A stretch of 64,000 nucleotides of DNA. Source: an uncultured Verrucomicrobiae bacterium. Its GTDB lineage: Bacteria > Verrucomicrobiota > Verrucomicrobiia > Limisphaerales > Palsa-1400. Where the stretch lies: the NCBI GenBank assembly GCA_963707025.1, contig CAVPOM010000006.1, positions 96,001 through 160,000 on the forward strand, read 5' to 3'. The stretch's first letter is position 1. Each line of letters opens with the position of its first letter. Below the pieces are notes generated by a model. The model saw nothing but the letters and a program-made list of their open reading frames with translations, was not told where the DNA came from and made no database searches. Shown one piece after another: positions 17,903 through 29,600 of the stretch. The translations under genes were made by a program, and so were the position numbers.

Positions 17903-20900
17903 TCAAGCGGCCGGTTCGTAGTTCAAATACGGGCCGAGCCATTTTTCCACGGCGCGCAAGTCCAGGCCTTTGCGCCGCTGGTAATCGAGCACCTGGTCGC
18001 GGCCCAGTTTTCCCACCCCGAAGTATTGGGCTTGGGGATGGGCGAAGTAAAGGCCGCTGACGCTGCTGGCCGGCCACATGGCGCCGCTTTCGGTCAGTTT
18101 GATGCCGGTGTTCTGTTCCACCTCCAGCAATTTCCAGAGCGTCCACTTTTCCGAGTGGTCGGGACAAGCGGGATAGCCGGCGGCGGGACGGATGCCGCGA
18201 TATTGTTCGTCAATCAATTGCTCGACGGTGAGATTTTCATTTTTGCCGTAACCCCATTCGGCGCGGACGCGCCGGTGCAGGTATTCGGCAAAGGCTTCCG
18301 CCAGGCGGTCGGCCAGCGCCGCGGTCAGGATGGCGTTGTAATCGTCGTGGCCGGCCTTGAATTGCCGGGCCAATTCGTCCGCGCCCAGGCCGGCGGTGAC
18401 GGCGAACAGGCCGAGATAATCCGGCCCGGCCTCCCTGGGGGCGATAAAATCGGCCAGGCACAAATTGGGCTGGCCGGCGGGCTTGTCCATCTGCTGGCGC
18501 AGGAAATGGAACGCGGCCAGGGCGGAGTCGCGCGAGGGGCCGGAGAAGACCTCCACGTCGTCGCCCGCGGAATTGGCGGGGAAGAATCCATAGACGCCGC
18601 GCGCAGTCAACAATTTTTCGCGCACGATCCGGTCCAGCAGTTGGCGGCCGTCGTGGAACAGGGCGCGGGCCTCCGCGCCGTATTTGGGGTGATCCAAAAT
18701 GGCCGGGTAGCGTCCGCGCAGTTCCCAGGTGTGGAAAAAGGGGGACCAATCCACGCACGGCACCAGTTCCTCCAGCGGCACGGAGGGGAGCGCGCGGGCG
18801 CCGGTGAATTCCGGCCGGGCGATGTCCTCCGCTTTCCAGGCGATTTTGGGCGCGCGCCGCCGCGCCTCTGCCATGGGCAGAAGCCGGGCCGCCGGGCCGG
18901 CGTGCTGCCGGCGGATTTTCTCCTGGTCCTCGCGGTTCTGGCGGGCGAAATCCGTTTTGGCTTCCGGATTGATCAATTGCCCGACCACGCCGACGGCGCG
19001 CGAGGCGTCAATCACATGGACGACCGGCTGGTCGTAATGGGGCGCGATTTTGACCGAGGTGTGTGCCTTGCTGGTGGTGGCGCCGCCGATCAGGAGGGGC
19101 AGGGAACACCCTGCCCGCTTCATCTCCCGGGCCACATGGGCCATCTCGTCCAGGGAGGGGGTGATCAAGCCGCTCAGGCCGATCATGTCCACCTTGAGTT
19201 CGCGGGCCGTCTGGAGGATTTTTTCGCACGGCACCATCACGCCCAGATCAATGATCTCGTAATTATTGCAGCCCAGGACGACGCCGACGATGTTCTTGCC
19301 GATGTCATGGACGTCGCCCTTGACGGTGGCCATGAGGATTTTTCCCTGGGCCTGGGGCGCGGCGCCGCCCGCCTTCTTCTCCGCCTCCATGAACGGCAGA
19401 AGATAAGCCACGGCTTTTTTCATGACGCGCGCGCTTTTCACCACCTGGGGCAGGAACATTTTGCCGGAGCCGAAAAGGTCGCCGACGATGCTCATGCCGG
19501 CCATCAAGGGGCCTTCGATGACCAGGAGCGGGCGGCCCAGTTTTTGCCGGGCCTCCTCGGTGTCCGCTTCCACGAAATCGGCGATGCCCTTGACCAGGGC
19601 GTGGGCCAGGCGGTCCTCCACCGTGCCCTGGCGCCATTGGTCCACGGCGGTTTCCCCCTTTTCCTTTTTCTTGACAGATTCGGCGAATTTGACCAGGCGC
19701 TCCGTGGCGTCGGGGCGGCGGTTGAGCAGGACATCCTCGACCAGTTCCAGGAGGTCCTGGGGAATCTCCTGGTAAATGCCGAGCATGCCGGCGTTGACGA
19801 TGCCCATGTCCAGCCCGGCTTTGACGGCATGGTACAAAAAGGCGGTGTGCATGGCCTCGCGCACGGCGTCGTTGCCGCGGAAGGAAAAGGAAATGTTGCT
19901 GATGCCGCCGCTGACTTTGGCGCCGGGCAGGTTCTGTTTGATCCAGCGGGTGGCCTCGATGAAATCCACCGCGTAATTGTTGTGCTCCTCCATCCCGGTG
20001 GCGACGGTCAGGACATTGGGGTCAAAAATAATGTCCTGCGGCGGAAAGCCCGCCTGCTCGGTGAGAATCTGATAGGCGCGGGCGCAAATCTCCTGGCGGC
20101 GCTGCAGGCTGTCGGCCTGGCCGCGTTCATCGAAGGCCATGACCACGACGGCGGCGCCGTAGCGGCGGGCCAGGCGGGCCTGGAGGAGGAATTTCGCCTC
20201 ACCCTCCTTCAGGCTGATGGAGTTGACCACGGCCTTGCCCTGGACGCACTTGAGGCCCGCTTCGATGACGGCCCATTTCGAGCTGTCAATCATGATGGGA
20301 ACCCTGGTGATGGCCGGCTCGGAGGCGATGAGGTTCAGGAAATGGGTCATGGCCTTGACGCCGTCGAGCATTCCTTCGTCGAGGTTGACGTCAATGATTT
20401 GCGCGCCGTTTTCGACCTGTTGCCGGGCGACGGCGAGGGCCTCCTCGAATTGGCCGGCCAAAATGAGTTTGGCAAAGCGGGGCGAGCCGGTGACGTTGGT
20501 GCGTTCGCCGATGTTGACGAAATTGGTCTCCGGGCGAATGGTCAGCGCCTCCGTTCCGCTGAGGCGCAGATACGGCTGGACCACCGGCGGCACCCGCGGC
20601 TTGAATTTTCTCACCGCCTCGGCCATGGCCGTGATATGGAGCGGGGTGGTGCCGCAACAGCCGCCCACGATGTTGAGCCAGCCGGCTTCGGCCCAGCCCG
20701 CCAATTGCGGCGCGAGGGAGGCGGGGGTTTCCGGATAGCCGGTGGGGGAGAGCGGATTGGGCAGACCGGCGTTGGGATGGGCGCTCAGGTAAATCGGGGC
20801 CAAGCCGGACAATTCCTCGATTAACGGCCTCATCTCCCTGGGACCGAGCGCGCAGTTCATCCCGACACTGAGGAGCGGCACATGCGAAATGGAATTCCAA

Positions 20901-21688
20901 AAGGCCTCGACGGTTTGCCCGGTCACGCCGCCGGCGGCGCCTTTGACAGCGCCCTGCTGAATGTAGGTGACGGACGCCAAAAGCGGGACGGCGGGCCGCC
21001 CGTTGCCGCCGATGGACTGGCCGGTGGCCGGGTTGCAGCGGAGAGGTTCCAGGCCGCGCTCCTCCAGAATGGTGAGGATGGCAAAGAAGGCGGCTTTGGC
21101 GTTGAGCGTGTCGAAAATGGTTTCGACGAGCAGAAGGTCCGCGCCCCCATCGAGCAGACCGCGCACCTGGTCACTGTAAGCGCCGACCAGTTCATCATAA
21201 TTAGTGGAGCGGGCGGCGGAGTCGTTGGCATCGGTGGAGATGGAGGACATGGCGGTGGTTGGGCCAATGGCTCCGGCGACAAAGCAGACCCGGTTCGGGT
21301 GGGCGGACATGAATTCATCGGCGGCCCGGCGCGCGCATTCGGCTCCTGCTTTGGCCAACTCATGGGCGAGCGGCTCCATATTGTAGGCCGCCAGCGAAAT
21401 GGACTGGGAATTGAAGGTGTTCGTTTCGATGATGTCCGCCCCCGCTTCGAGGTATTGGCGGTGAATGGCCTGGACCAGCGCCGGCTGGGTCAGGTTGAGC
21501 AGGTCGTTGAGGTTCTTGACTTCCTTTGGCCAGTCTTTGAAACGCTCTCCGCGAACGCCCGCTTCCTCCAGGCGGTAGCTCTGGATCATGGTCCCCATCG
21601 CCCCGTCAAGAATGACGATGCGTTCGCGCAGCAGCCGGAGCAGGGCGGCGGCGCGGTCGGAGAAAGGCGGGTTGCGGTCGTTCAGCAT
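17903..21688 (-). CDS. metH: Cobalamin-dependent methionine synthase
   Basis: [42 protein letters not shown]; 1261 aa. Confidence 0.98.
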   Translation of the reverse strand: MLNDRNPPFSDRAAALLRLLRERIVILDGAMGTMIQSYRLEEAGVRGERFKDWPKEVKNLNDLLNLTQPALVQAIHRQYLEAGADIIETNTFNSQSISLAAYNMEPLAHELAKAGAECARRAADEFMSAHPNRVCFVAGAIGPTTAMSSISTDANDSAARSTNYDELVGAYSDQVRGLLDGGADLLLVETIFDTLNAKAAFFAILTILEERGLEPLRCNPATGQSIGGNGRPAVPLLASVTYIQQGAVKGAAGGVTGQTVEAFWNSISHVPLLSVGMNCALGPREMRPLIEELSGLAPIYLSAHPNAGLPNPLSPTGYPETPASLAPQLAGWAEAGWLNIVGGCCGTTPLHITAMAEAVRKFKPRVPPVVQPYLRLSGTEALTIRPETNFVNIGERTNVTGSPRFAKLILAGQFEEALAVARQQVENGAQIIDVNLDEGMLDGVKAMTHFLNLIASEPAITRVPIMIDSSKWAVIEAGLKCVQGKAVVNSISLKEGEAKFLLQARLARRYGAAVVVMAFDERGQADSLQRRQEICARAYQILTEQAGFPPQDIIFDPNVLTVATGMEEHNNYAVDFIEATRWIKQNLPGAKVSGGISNISFSFRGNDAVREAMHTAFLYHAVKAGLDMGIVNAGMLGIYQEIPQDLLELVEDVLLNRRPDATERLVKFAESVKKKEKGETAVDQWRQGTVEDRLAHALVKGIADFVEADTEEARQKLGRPLLVIEGPLMAGMSIVGDLFGSGKMFLPQVVKSARVMKKAVAYLLPFMEAEKKAGGAAPQAQGKILMATVKGDVHDIGKNIVGVVLGCNNYEIIDLGVMVPCEKILQTARELKVDMIGLSGLITPSLDEMAHVAREMKRAGCSLPLLIGGATTSKAHTSVKIAPHYDQPVVHVIDASRAVGVVGQLINPEAKTDFARQNREDQEKIRRQHAGPAARLLPMAEARRRAPKIAWKAEDIARPEFTGARALPSVPLEELVPCVDWSPFFHTWELRGRYPAILDHPKYGAEARALFHDGRQLLDRIVREKLLTARGVYGFFPANSAGDDVEVFSGPSRDSALAAFHFLRQQMDKPAGQPNLCLADFIAPREAGPDYLGLFAVTAGLGADELARQFKAGHDDYNAILTAALADRLAEAFAEYLHRRVRAEWGYGKNENLTVEQLIDEQYRGIRPAAGYPACPDHSEKWTLWKLLEVEQNTGIKLTESGAMWPASSVSGLYFAHPQAQYFGVGKLGRDQVLDYQRRKGLDLRAVEKWLGPYLNYEPAA

Positions 21689-21852
21689 GGAGGAATCATA
21701 GACCAGGCCGGGAGATGCGCAAGTTTTAAATCAACGTATCCTGATATGAAGATATGATTTTTAAAATCGGTCCGCGAGCAACCGTGGGCGCCTGCCCGGC
21801 GGTCCAGCCGGGCGGCCAGCGGTTCTGGCAGTCTTGCGGAAAATGTTTTCAT
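21682..21852 (-). pseudogene. Possible ribbon-helix-helix (CopG-like) gene remnant
   Basis: MKTFSARLPEPLAARLDRRAGAHGCSRTDF resembles an RHH fold; the tail runs across the metH promoter. Confidence 0.4.
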
Positions 21853-21887
21853 GGCCCAACCGCATTGCATCCATGTCAGAACTGCAC

Positions 21888-21932
21888 GACGGATCGGACA
21901 GATCGGACCGATAGGACGGATGGGACGGATCA
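21888..21932. repeat. Five degenerate 9-bp tandem units (GACNGATNR)
   Basis: gacggatcg gacagatcg gaccgatag gacggatgg gacggatca. Confidence 0.85.
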
Positions 21933-22016
21933 GAAGGACGCGGACAATCCTGGCCGAATATTCCGGCCCGCCGGGATGGGTTGCGTCCGGCCGGGGGGAG
22001 TGGCAGGCTCAGGGGC

Positions 22017-23111
22017 GTGAAGCGATTGTTTTTTTGCCTGGGATTTTTATGTTTGACTGGCTTGGAAGGCGCGGCGGCGGCGGAGAATCCGTACGGGCTG
22101 CCGGACGGGCTTTACGCGGAGATCACCACGACGCGCGGGGTGGTGGTGTGTGAATTGTACTTTACTAAAACGCCGATGACGGCGGCCAGTTATGTCGGGC
22201 TGGCGGAGGGGACGCTGGGGCCGCGGCCGCGCCAGCCGTTTTTTGACGGGTCGGCCTATCACCGGGTGGTGGCGGATTTCGTGGCGCAGGGGGGCGCGGC
22301 GCCGGGCGGCGGCGAGGGGCCGGGCTACTCGTTCCCGGATGAGTTTGTGCCGGGATTGCGCCACGATTCGGCGGGAGTGCTGCAAATGGCCAACGACGGG
22401 CCGGACTCGAACGGCTCGCAACATTGCCTGATGTTGAGCGAGCAGGAACGGCTGAATTATTTGCACACGGTCTTCGGCCATGTGGTGCGCGGCCTGGAGG
22501 TGCTGCCGAAAATCCAGCAGGGGGACCGGATGATGACGGTGAGGATTCTGCGCCTGGGCCCGGCGGCCAGGGCCTTTCGCGCGGATGAAGCGGCCTTCCG
22601 GGAGATGGTGGCCAAGGCCCCGCGCTACTCCGGGCCGCGCCTGCCCGGGGCGGACGCTTCGTTTGATGATCCGGACACGGTGCTGCCAACCGATATTCCG
22701 CGCGCGCTGCATTTTAATTACAAGTTGACGAGTTTTGCGCGGGTCAACGGGCGGAAGATTTATGGGCGGGTCTTTGCCAGGACGCCGGCAGGGCCGGCGG
22801 AGGATTTTGTGCGCGGGCTGGCCGCCCGGCTGGGAGTGGCCAAAACGGGCGCGCTGGCGGTGTATTTCGCGGACCATGACGACTGGCGGATTTGGATTGG
22901 GGAGGAGTCGGTGGCGGGGTTCGGCGGCGGGAAAAGCCTGGACGGGGCGCGGCAGGAATTTCTGGCGGAGGCGCGCCAGAGGGCGGCGGGTTTTGTGGAG
23001 ACGGCCCAAAAAGCAGCCGGGGTGGACAAACCGCTGATGGCGGGACAGAAGATCAAGTATCAGGTGGATGCGGTGCTGGATGGGCTGATTTTTAGAATGG
23101 AGACGAAGTGA
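22017..23111 (+). CDS. Exported cyclophilin-type peptidyl-prolyl isomerase with C-terminal extension
   Basis: Signal peptide; YHRVVADFVAQGG, GPGYSFPDEF, MANDGPDSNGSQ, HTVFGHVVRG. Confidence 0.88.
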   Translation: MKRLFFCLGFLCLTGLEGAAAAENPYGLPDGLYAEITTTRGVVVCELYFTKTPMTAASYVGLAEGTLGPRPRQPFFDGSAYHRVVADFVAQGGAAPGGGEGPGYSFPDEFVPGLRHDSAGVLQMANDGPDSNGSQHCLMLSEQERLNYLHTVFGHVVRGLEVLPKIQQGDRMMTVRILRLGPAARAFRADEAAFREMVAKAPRYSGPRLPGADASFDDPDTVLPTDIPRALHFNYKLTSFARVNGRKIYGRVFARTPAGPAEDFVRGLAARLGVAKTGALAVYFADHDDWRIWIGEESVAGFGGGKSLDGARQEFLAEARQRAAGFVETAQKAAGVDKPLMAGQKIKYQVDAVLDGLIFRMETK

Positions 23112-23123
23112 GCCGCCGGCGGA

Positions 23124-23200
23124 AATGAAGAATGCGGAAAGAAGAATGAAGAAGGGGAAGGCAGGATTAAGATTAAGATTAGGATTAAGATTAAGATGAG
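23124..23200. repeat. Short tandem repeats (AATGAAG-like and GATTAR)
   Basis: gattaa gattaa gattag gattaa gattaa gatgag at 23165-23200; a similar run lies at 26461-26490. Confidence 0.85.
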
Positions 23201-23242
23201 GAGCAAGAAAAGGTGGACAGGGGGGGCGAAGGCGGGGGGTGG

Positions 23243-25714
23243 TTATTTTTTGGATTTGGCCTTGAGGATCAGGCGGAGGGCGGCGATGCGCGCCTCCGAA
23301 CCAGTGAAGAGGTTGTCAGGGTATTTGCGGTACGCCAGGAAACTGTCGGAAATCATGGTGGCTTGAGTGAGGTCGGCCGCCAGGCCGGCCAGGTACTGCA
23401 AACGCAGGTTGCGGTCGCTGTTGATCTGGGCGTCGGCCAGCCAGGGCTGCAGGTCGGAGGCCTGCCCGCCATAAGTGGCGAGCAAAACGAAAATGGACCC
23501 AAAGCCCACATCCTTGAGCGATTGGGCCGCGGCGGTCTCGCCCTGCCACCTGGCCTGCAGTTGGTCCAGGTTGATCGTGAGGGGTTCCTCCGTGCCCAGG
23601 ACGACGGTGTCGTAACCGGCGCCGTTGTCGTCGTTGTTCCAGATGGTGCCGTTGGGAAAAACGTCGAAGAAAGTGGCCATTTCGCTTTTGACGGCGTCGA
23701 GGTCGCTTTCGTAGAGGGGCACCCATTGCGTGACGATGCCGCCGGGATTGAGGCGCTGCCAGGCAGATCTGGAAATAATCGCGGGTGTAGAGAGTCGCGG
23801 CGCCTTTGACCCAGGGATGGATCGGGTCGGAGGTGATGATGTCGAATTTGTCATGGCTGGTGAGGACAAAATGGCGGGCGTCGTCGAAGAAGATTTTCAC
23901 GCGGGAGTCGTGGACCACGCCGTAATTTTCCTTGGTGAAGTAAGGGGCGATTTTTTTGGGGATCAAGGGTTCGATTTCACAGATGGTGACGTTGGTCACC
24001 TCGGGATAAGTCAGGAAAGAGCCGGCGGTGACGCCCGCGCCGCAACCGACCACCAGAATGGAGCGGGGGCGGCGATGCAATAACGCGGGCAAGTGGCCGA
24101 GCATGCGTTGCAGGCGCATGTCCTGCGGCTCGGTGGAGGCTTCGATTTTGCCGCTGATGTGGAAATTGAGGACGTCGTTATCCGATCGGGTGACGGCGAT
24201 GGAGGCGTTCAGGCCCTCGCCCATATAGATGAGAGTGCTGTCGTTGCCATTCTTGGCCATGTAGCGGCCGTTGGCCACGAGTCGCCAGGGAACCGGCGGC
24301 ACCGACGCGACGAAAAAACCGGCCAAGCCGGCCGCGAGCACCATTGAGACGACGGCGGCGGCGATGGCGGAGGTGCAGGATTTGCCGGCAGTCGCGCCGG
24401 GCGGCCGCCGCCAGAAAGAGGCAACCAGCAGGACAAGCCCGGAGGCGGCGGAGAGGCCGATGAGCAGCCGCTGGGTGTCCTGCGTGCCGATCCAGGCAAT
24501 CAGGAGAAGGCTGGCGGCGAGCGCGCCAACAATCGCGCCGAGGGTGTTGGCGGCATAGACTTTCCCGCCGATCGTCCGGGATCAAAACCAAGGGCCGAGA
24601 CGGCTGCCAGGGCCAGGGGAAAACTGGCGCCCCAAAGAATGGTGGCGGGGAGCAAAGCCCACAAACAACGGACCAAATCGAGTTGGAAGATGTACCAAGG
24701 ACTGGCGGCGGCCAGTTCCGGATTGACCGGCCAATAAGGCAGGGAGGCGGTCAGCATCCAAGCGGCCCAGGCCATGGCCGCCGCCAGCAACACTTGGCAC
24801 CAGCCCAGCGCGATTTCCGGCCGCGCGCGGCTGCGGGCCAAAAAAGACCCGGCCATGCTGCCCAGGCCAAGCCCGGCCAGAAATACCGCCAGGATGATGG
24901 AAAACGTATAGACCGTCGCCCCGAGCAGCAACGAGAGCAAGCGGGTCCAGATCACTTCGGCGGCCAGGGCGCACAATCCGGACAAGGCGATGGCCAGGCA
25001 AATCAATTTTGAACCGGCAACGGCCGCCGGCGGGCTGGCTTTTTCCGCCTTGGCCGGAGGGCGGTGCGGGGTGAGAAAGGCCAGGAGGAAGGCGGACAAA
25101 GCCACCGTGATGTTGATGGCGGCGGCGGCGAAGGTGGCCGTCGCCATGTCGTAAACGCGCAGGAGGTAGAATCCGGCCAGCAGGCAACCCAGGACGGCTC
25201 CGGCGGTGTTGCCGCCGTAGAAAAGACCGAGCCAGGACATGCCTTGGGCGGTGGATTCCACCCAACGGGAAATGGCAGGCAGGGTGGCGCCCATCAAGAA
25301 AGTGGGCGGCAGCAAACAAACCGAGGCGACGACTCCACGCAAGAGGATGCCGGTCAAGCCCTGGACGGCGTGCGGGGCGTAAAGGCGTCCCACGGTGGGC
25401 ACGGCGAACAGGACCGTCACACCCAGGATGGCCAGGCCCGACTCCAGCAAGGCATAGACGCGCAAGGGATGGCAGCGTTGGGGAATCAGGCGCGCCAGAG
25501 CCAGACTGCCCAGGCACATGCCGCCCATAAAAGTGCCGAGCAACAAACCCAGGGAAACGGCGGACGAGCCGATGACGAGCTGGAGCAACTGCAGCCAGAC
25601 GATCTCGTAGATCAAGGCCGCGCAACCGCTGCCGACAAACAGGAGCACCAGCACCGGCAAAAAGCGGGGCGGGGCGGCAGGCCCAGGCGACGGGTTGGTT
25701 TGGGGTGGCGTCAT
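23243..25714 (-). CDS. Fused membrane/spermidine-synthase-like protein, two frameshifts (about 24570 and 23760)
   Basis: SGCAALIYEIVW, LVVGCGAGVT, EIEP, DDARHF, FDIITSDPIHPW, LNPGGIVTQW spread over three overlapping ORFs. Confidence 0.8.
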
Positions 25715-25796
25715 CAGCGCTTGGGGGATTGAAAAAATTTCGCCGCGCCGAAGGCCGGGGTGCCTCAGCGCGGCGAATGAATTCTCAGCCCGGCAA

Positions 25797-26321
25797 TTAT
25801 TTCGCGCCTTGATCAATCCAGGCGCGAATCAGGCCGATTTGATCGGGCGTCAGTTCTTTGTGAACGGGGCCGCCCCGGCCGCCGGGACCGCCGGGGCCTG
25901 GCGGTGGTGGGGTTGGCCCACCCGCAGGCGGGGCGTTGGTTCCACCGGGGCCGCGGGGACCGCCGCGCGGGCCGCGCGGCGGCGGAGGCATCGGATGCTC
26001 GGGGCCGGCCTCCCAACAGATGTTGATGACCAGGTCGCTCTTGTCACTTTTGCCGGGGACGATCACGTCGCTGTTATCCCGGCTTCCTTTGAGGGCGGCG
26101 GCCAGACTGTCGAGGCGGAGGTTATTTTTGTGGACTTTTTCCGCGTGGCAATCGAAGCAGTTGGCCTGGAAGATGGGTTGAATGTCCTTGGCGTAGGTGA
26201 GGCCTTTTCGGGTGGAGGGCGGAGGCAGCTTGGTGAGGTCAACGGCCAGGACCGTGGTGGCCACTGCCAGAGCCGCGATCACGGCGAGCCGGACTGCGGC
26301 GGTAATATTCTTATGAGTCAT
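25797..26321 (-). CDS. Exported planctomycete-type cytochrome c domain protein
   Basis: Signal peptide, YAKDIQPIFQANCFDCH, LRLDS, MPP, LIRAWIDQGAK. Confidence 0.85.
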   Translation of the reverse strand: MTHKNITAAVRLAVIAALAVATTVLAVDLTKLPPPSTRKGLTYAKDIQPIFQANCFDCHAEKVHKNNLRLDSLAAALKGSRDNSDVIVPGKSDKSDLVINICWEAGPEHPMPPPPRGPRGGPRGPGGTNAPPAGGPTPPPPGPGGPGGRGGPVHKELTPDQIGLIRAWIDQGAK

Positions 26322-26567
26322 GATCATTTGTCGCATTGAGATGTTTGGCCCTCAGACGGCGACAGCGTTACCCGGGTTACACTGGCCGCCATAAATGGCA
26401 TTGGGGGGTGAACTTGGCACAAAAGCGGATGGAAAAGCAAGCGGAATTTGCGGAATCCCTATTAAGCATTAGGATTAAGATTAGGAGTAGGAAGGCAACG
26501 GTCTCCCCCGCGGCCTGGGTGCCGGAAGGGCTGGTGCGTCCATTACTTGGACAGGTTGGAGGGGGAA

Positions 26568-26583
26568 CCACTTTATATGGTGG
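26568..26583. promoter_or_regulatory. NrdR-box-like palindrome upstream of smc
   Basis: ccactttatatggtgg versus consensus acaCwAtATaTwGtgt. Confidence 0.45.
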
Positions 26584-26637
26584 TTTTCCCTTTACATTGG
26601 GTTGGGGATTTGGTTTACTGACGCAAGCGATTAATTT

Positions 26638-29600
26638 ATGTACTTAAAGAACTTAACCGTTTTGGGGTTTAAATCGTTCGCCGAAAAAACGTCGCTGAGT
26701 TTTCAGCCGGGGGTCACGGCCATCGTCGGACCCAATGGCTGCGGCAAATCCAATGTGTCCGACGCCGTGCGGTGGGTGCTGGGCGAACAGTCGGCCAGGG
26801 CGCTGCGCGGCGGGGAAATGGCGGATGTGATTTTCAACGGCAGCGATTCACGCAAACCGTTGAGCATGGCGGAGGTGTCGCTCACGATTGGCGGGGTGGA
26901 TGAGGAACATCTGTCGGCCGCGGGGGTGGAGATCGCTTACAACGAGGTGACGCTGACGCGGCGGGTTTTCCGGGACGGAGCCAGCGAGTATTATCTGAAC
27001 AAGACGCCCTGCCGGCTCAAGGACATCCAGCAGTTGTTCATGGGGACGGGGGTGGGCCGGACCAGTTACAGCATCATGGCGCAGGGAAATATCACGCAAA
27101 TTCTGTCCAGCAAACCGGAGGAGCGGCGGGTGATTTTTGAGGAGGCGGCGGGCATCACGAAATACAAGTCGCAGAAGAAGGAGGCGTTGCGCAAGCTGGA
27201 GGCCACCGAACAGAATCTGTTGCGGGTGGCGGATTTGATACGCGAGGTCAAACGGCAGATCGGCTCGCTGCAACGCCAGGCGGGCAAGGCCCGGCGCTAC
27301 AAACAACTCATGCTGGAATTGCAGCATTTGGACACCCAACTGGCGCGGCATCAGTTTGATTTGTTGCAGGTGGAAATCCAGGCCCGCCAGGCGCAGTCGG
27401 AAAAAGCGCGGGCGGAAGCGGAAAGCATGGCGGAGAAGGTGATGAGCCGGGAGGCGGAAATCGGACGGCGCCGCGAGCAACTCTCGGCCAGGGAACAGGC
27501 GATCAGCCAGGCGCAGCAGCACGGGATGGAACTCAAGGGCGAAATGGACCGGCACGAGCACCGCATCCAGTTCAACGAGGACCGGAGGAAGGACTGGCAG
27601 GGGCAAAACGCGCGGGCGACCAGCGACATCGCGCAGGCGGAGGAACGGCGGCTGGTGGCGGCGGAGGAGTTGGCCCAGGCGGGCGGCCGGCTGGCCGCTT
27701 CGACGGCGGCGGTGCAGGCGCATCAACAGGCCATGCAGGCCAAAGGCGAGGCCTTGCAGGCGGTGGAAAACCAGTTGCGCGGCGCGCAGGAGGCCGTGCG
27801 CCAGGCGCAGACGGAGTCCTTTTCCGCGGCGCAGCAATTGAGCCGGGCGCGCAACGAAATCGTCGCGCTGGATCTGCAACAAGAGGGCAACGCGGCGCGG
27901 CTGGAAAAGCTCTCGGCGGAGAAGGCGCAGTTGGAGGAGGAGCGGGCGGGGCTGGCGGCGCGGCTGCGGCAATTCTCGGCGAGCGTGGAAGCGGAGATTT
28001 TAAACGCGCAGGCCCATCGCGGCACGCTGGAGGAGCGGCAGGAGCGTTTGCGCGCGATTCAAGAGGAACTGGGCCGGGCGACGCAGGAGACCGAGGAATG
28101 GCTGCGCCAGCAGGCGGAGAACCGTTCGCGGCTCCATCTGCTCGAACAGTTGGACGCGGAGCGGGAAGGATTCGGGGCGGGGGCGCTCTCGGCCTTGAAG
28201 AACGCCGGGCAGGAGCTGGGGGTGCTGGCCGACGGGATGCGGGCGCCGGAACCGCATGTGGCGGCGGTGGAGGCGGCGCTGGGGCGCCATTTGCAATTAG
28301 TGTTGACGGGGAGCGGGGAGTCGGCCCGGCAAATTCTCGACGGCCTGCGCGCCCACAAATCGGGCCGGGCCAGCGTGGCCGCGCTGGATTGGCAAAACGG
28401 GCACGGCGGCACGGCGGCGGCGGTTCCGGCCGGCATGATCCCGGTTCTCAGCGTGGTGGAGGCGGAGGAGGCGGTGCGGCCGCTGCTGCAGAATCTGCTG
28501 GGGCGCACCGTCATCGCGCCCGATTTGGCGGCGGCCGGGGCGGCGTGGCGGGAGTGCGGGGGCGCGTTTGATTTTGTCACGCCGGCGGGCGAGTTGCTGG
28601 ACCGGCATGGGATCTTCACGGGCGGCTGCGCCAACGGGAACGGAGCGGGCAAGGCGCCGGCTTCGATTCTGGGGCGGAAAAACGAGATGGCGGAATTGCG
28701 CAAGGCGGCGGCGGGGTTGCAGGAGAAGGTGGGCCAGGCCAGCCGGCGCAAAGGTGCGCTGCTGAGCGAACAGACGCAGTTGCAGGCCGGATTGCATCAG
28801 GCCCAGACGGAATTGCGCACGCAGGAAGTGGCCATCGCCACGCGGCAGGGGGAATACAAGGCGCTGCAGAATTCCGCGCGCGTGCTGGAACAGAAGATTG
28901 AGACGGTCGTCTATGAGATCGGCAGCCTGGCCGCGCAAGAGAAGGAAGGGGCGGGGCAGAGGCAGACCCTGGCCGCCCAGGCCGCGGCGCTGGAAGGACG
29001 CGAGCAGCAGGCCCAGGCGGGCTTGTCAGAATGGACGGCCGCGCTGGAAAATCTGCGCCAGCAGCGGGAGGCGGCCAACGCGCTGTTGACGGAAACGAAA
29101 GTGGCGCTGGCCACGGAGGAGCAGTTGTGCGCGTCCTTCGCCAACCAGAAAAGGCCGCTGGAAGAGCGCCTGGTGGAGCTGGGGAATTTGGTGGAACAGC
29201 GGCGGCGCGAGATTCAATCCTTCCTGGAGCGCAACCGCCAGGCGGAGGCGGAGATTGCCGAATCGCGGCAGAAGATCGAGGCGGTGCGGGGCCAGCGCGA
29301 GGAGGTCAACGGGCGGATCGCGCAACTGCTGGAGGAAAAAAGGGCGGAAGAGGAGGAAATCGCCGGCGCGGACGAGGCCTTGCGGGGGCAGCGGCATTTG
29401 TTGACAGAAATGCAGGAGCAGCGCGGCGCCCTGGAGGTGGAACTGGCCCAAAAAAACATGGCGGCGCAAAATTTGCGCGAACGCGCGCGCGAAAAGTACC
29501 AGGTCAACCTGGACGACATCCGCAGCGAGTGCATCACCATCACGCTGGCGGAGGAAGGCCCGCCCAAAGTCCAGACGCTGACGCCGGAGGAAATGGCGGC

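Noticed and set aside
18026..20824. Long antisense ORFs (932 aa here; also 45618-47600, 36963-38633, 84-986)
   Set aside because: Shadow frames of real genes in high-GC DNA.
21689..21900. SAM or cobalamin riboswitch upstream of metH
   Set aside because: No recognisable conserved motif, and the -10 box sits 6 nt from the ATG, leaving no leader.
21888..21932. Possible CRISPR array in short repeats (also 23165 and 50870)
   Set aside because: Units are 5-10 bp with no spacers, and no cas genes are present.
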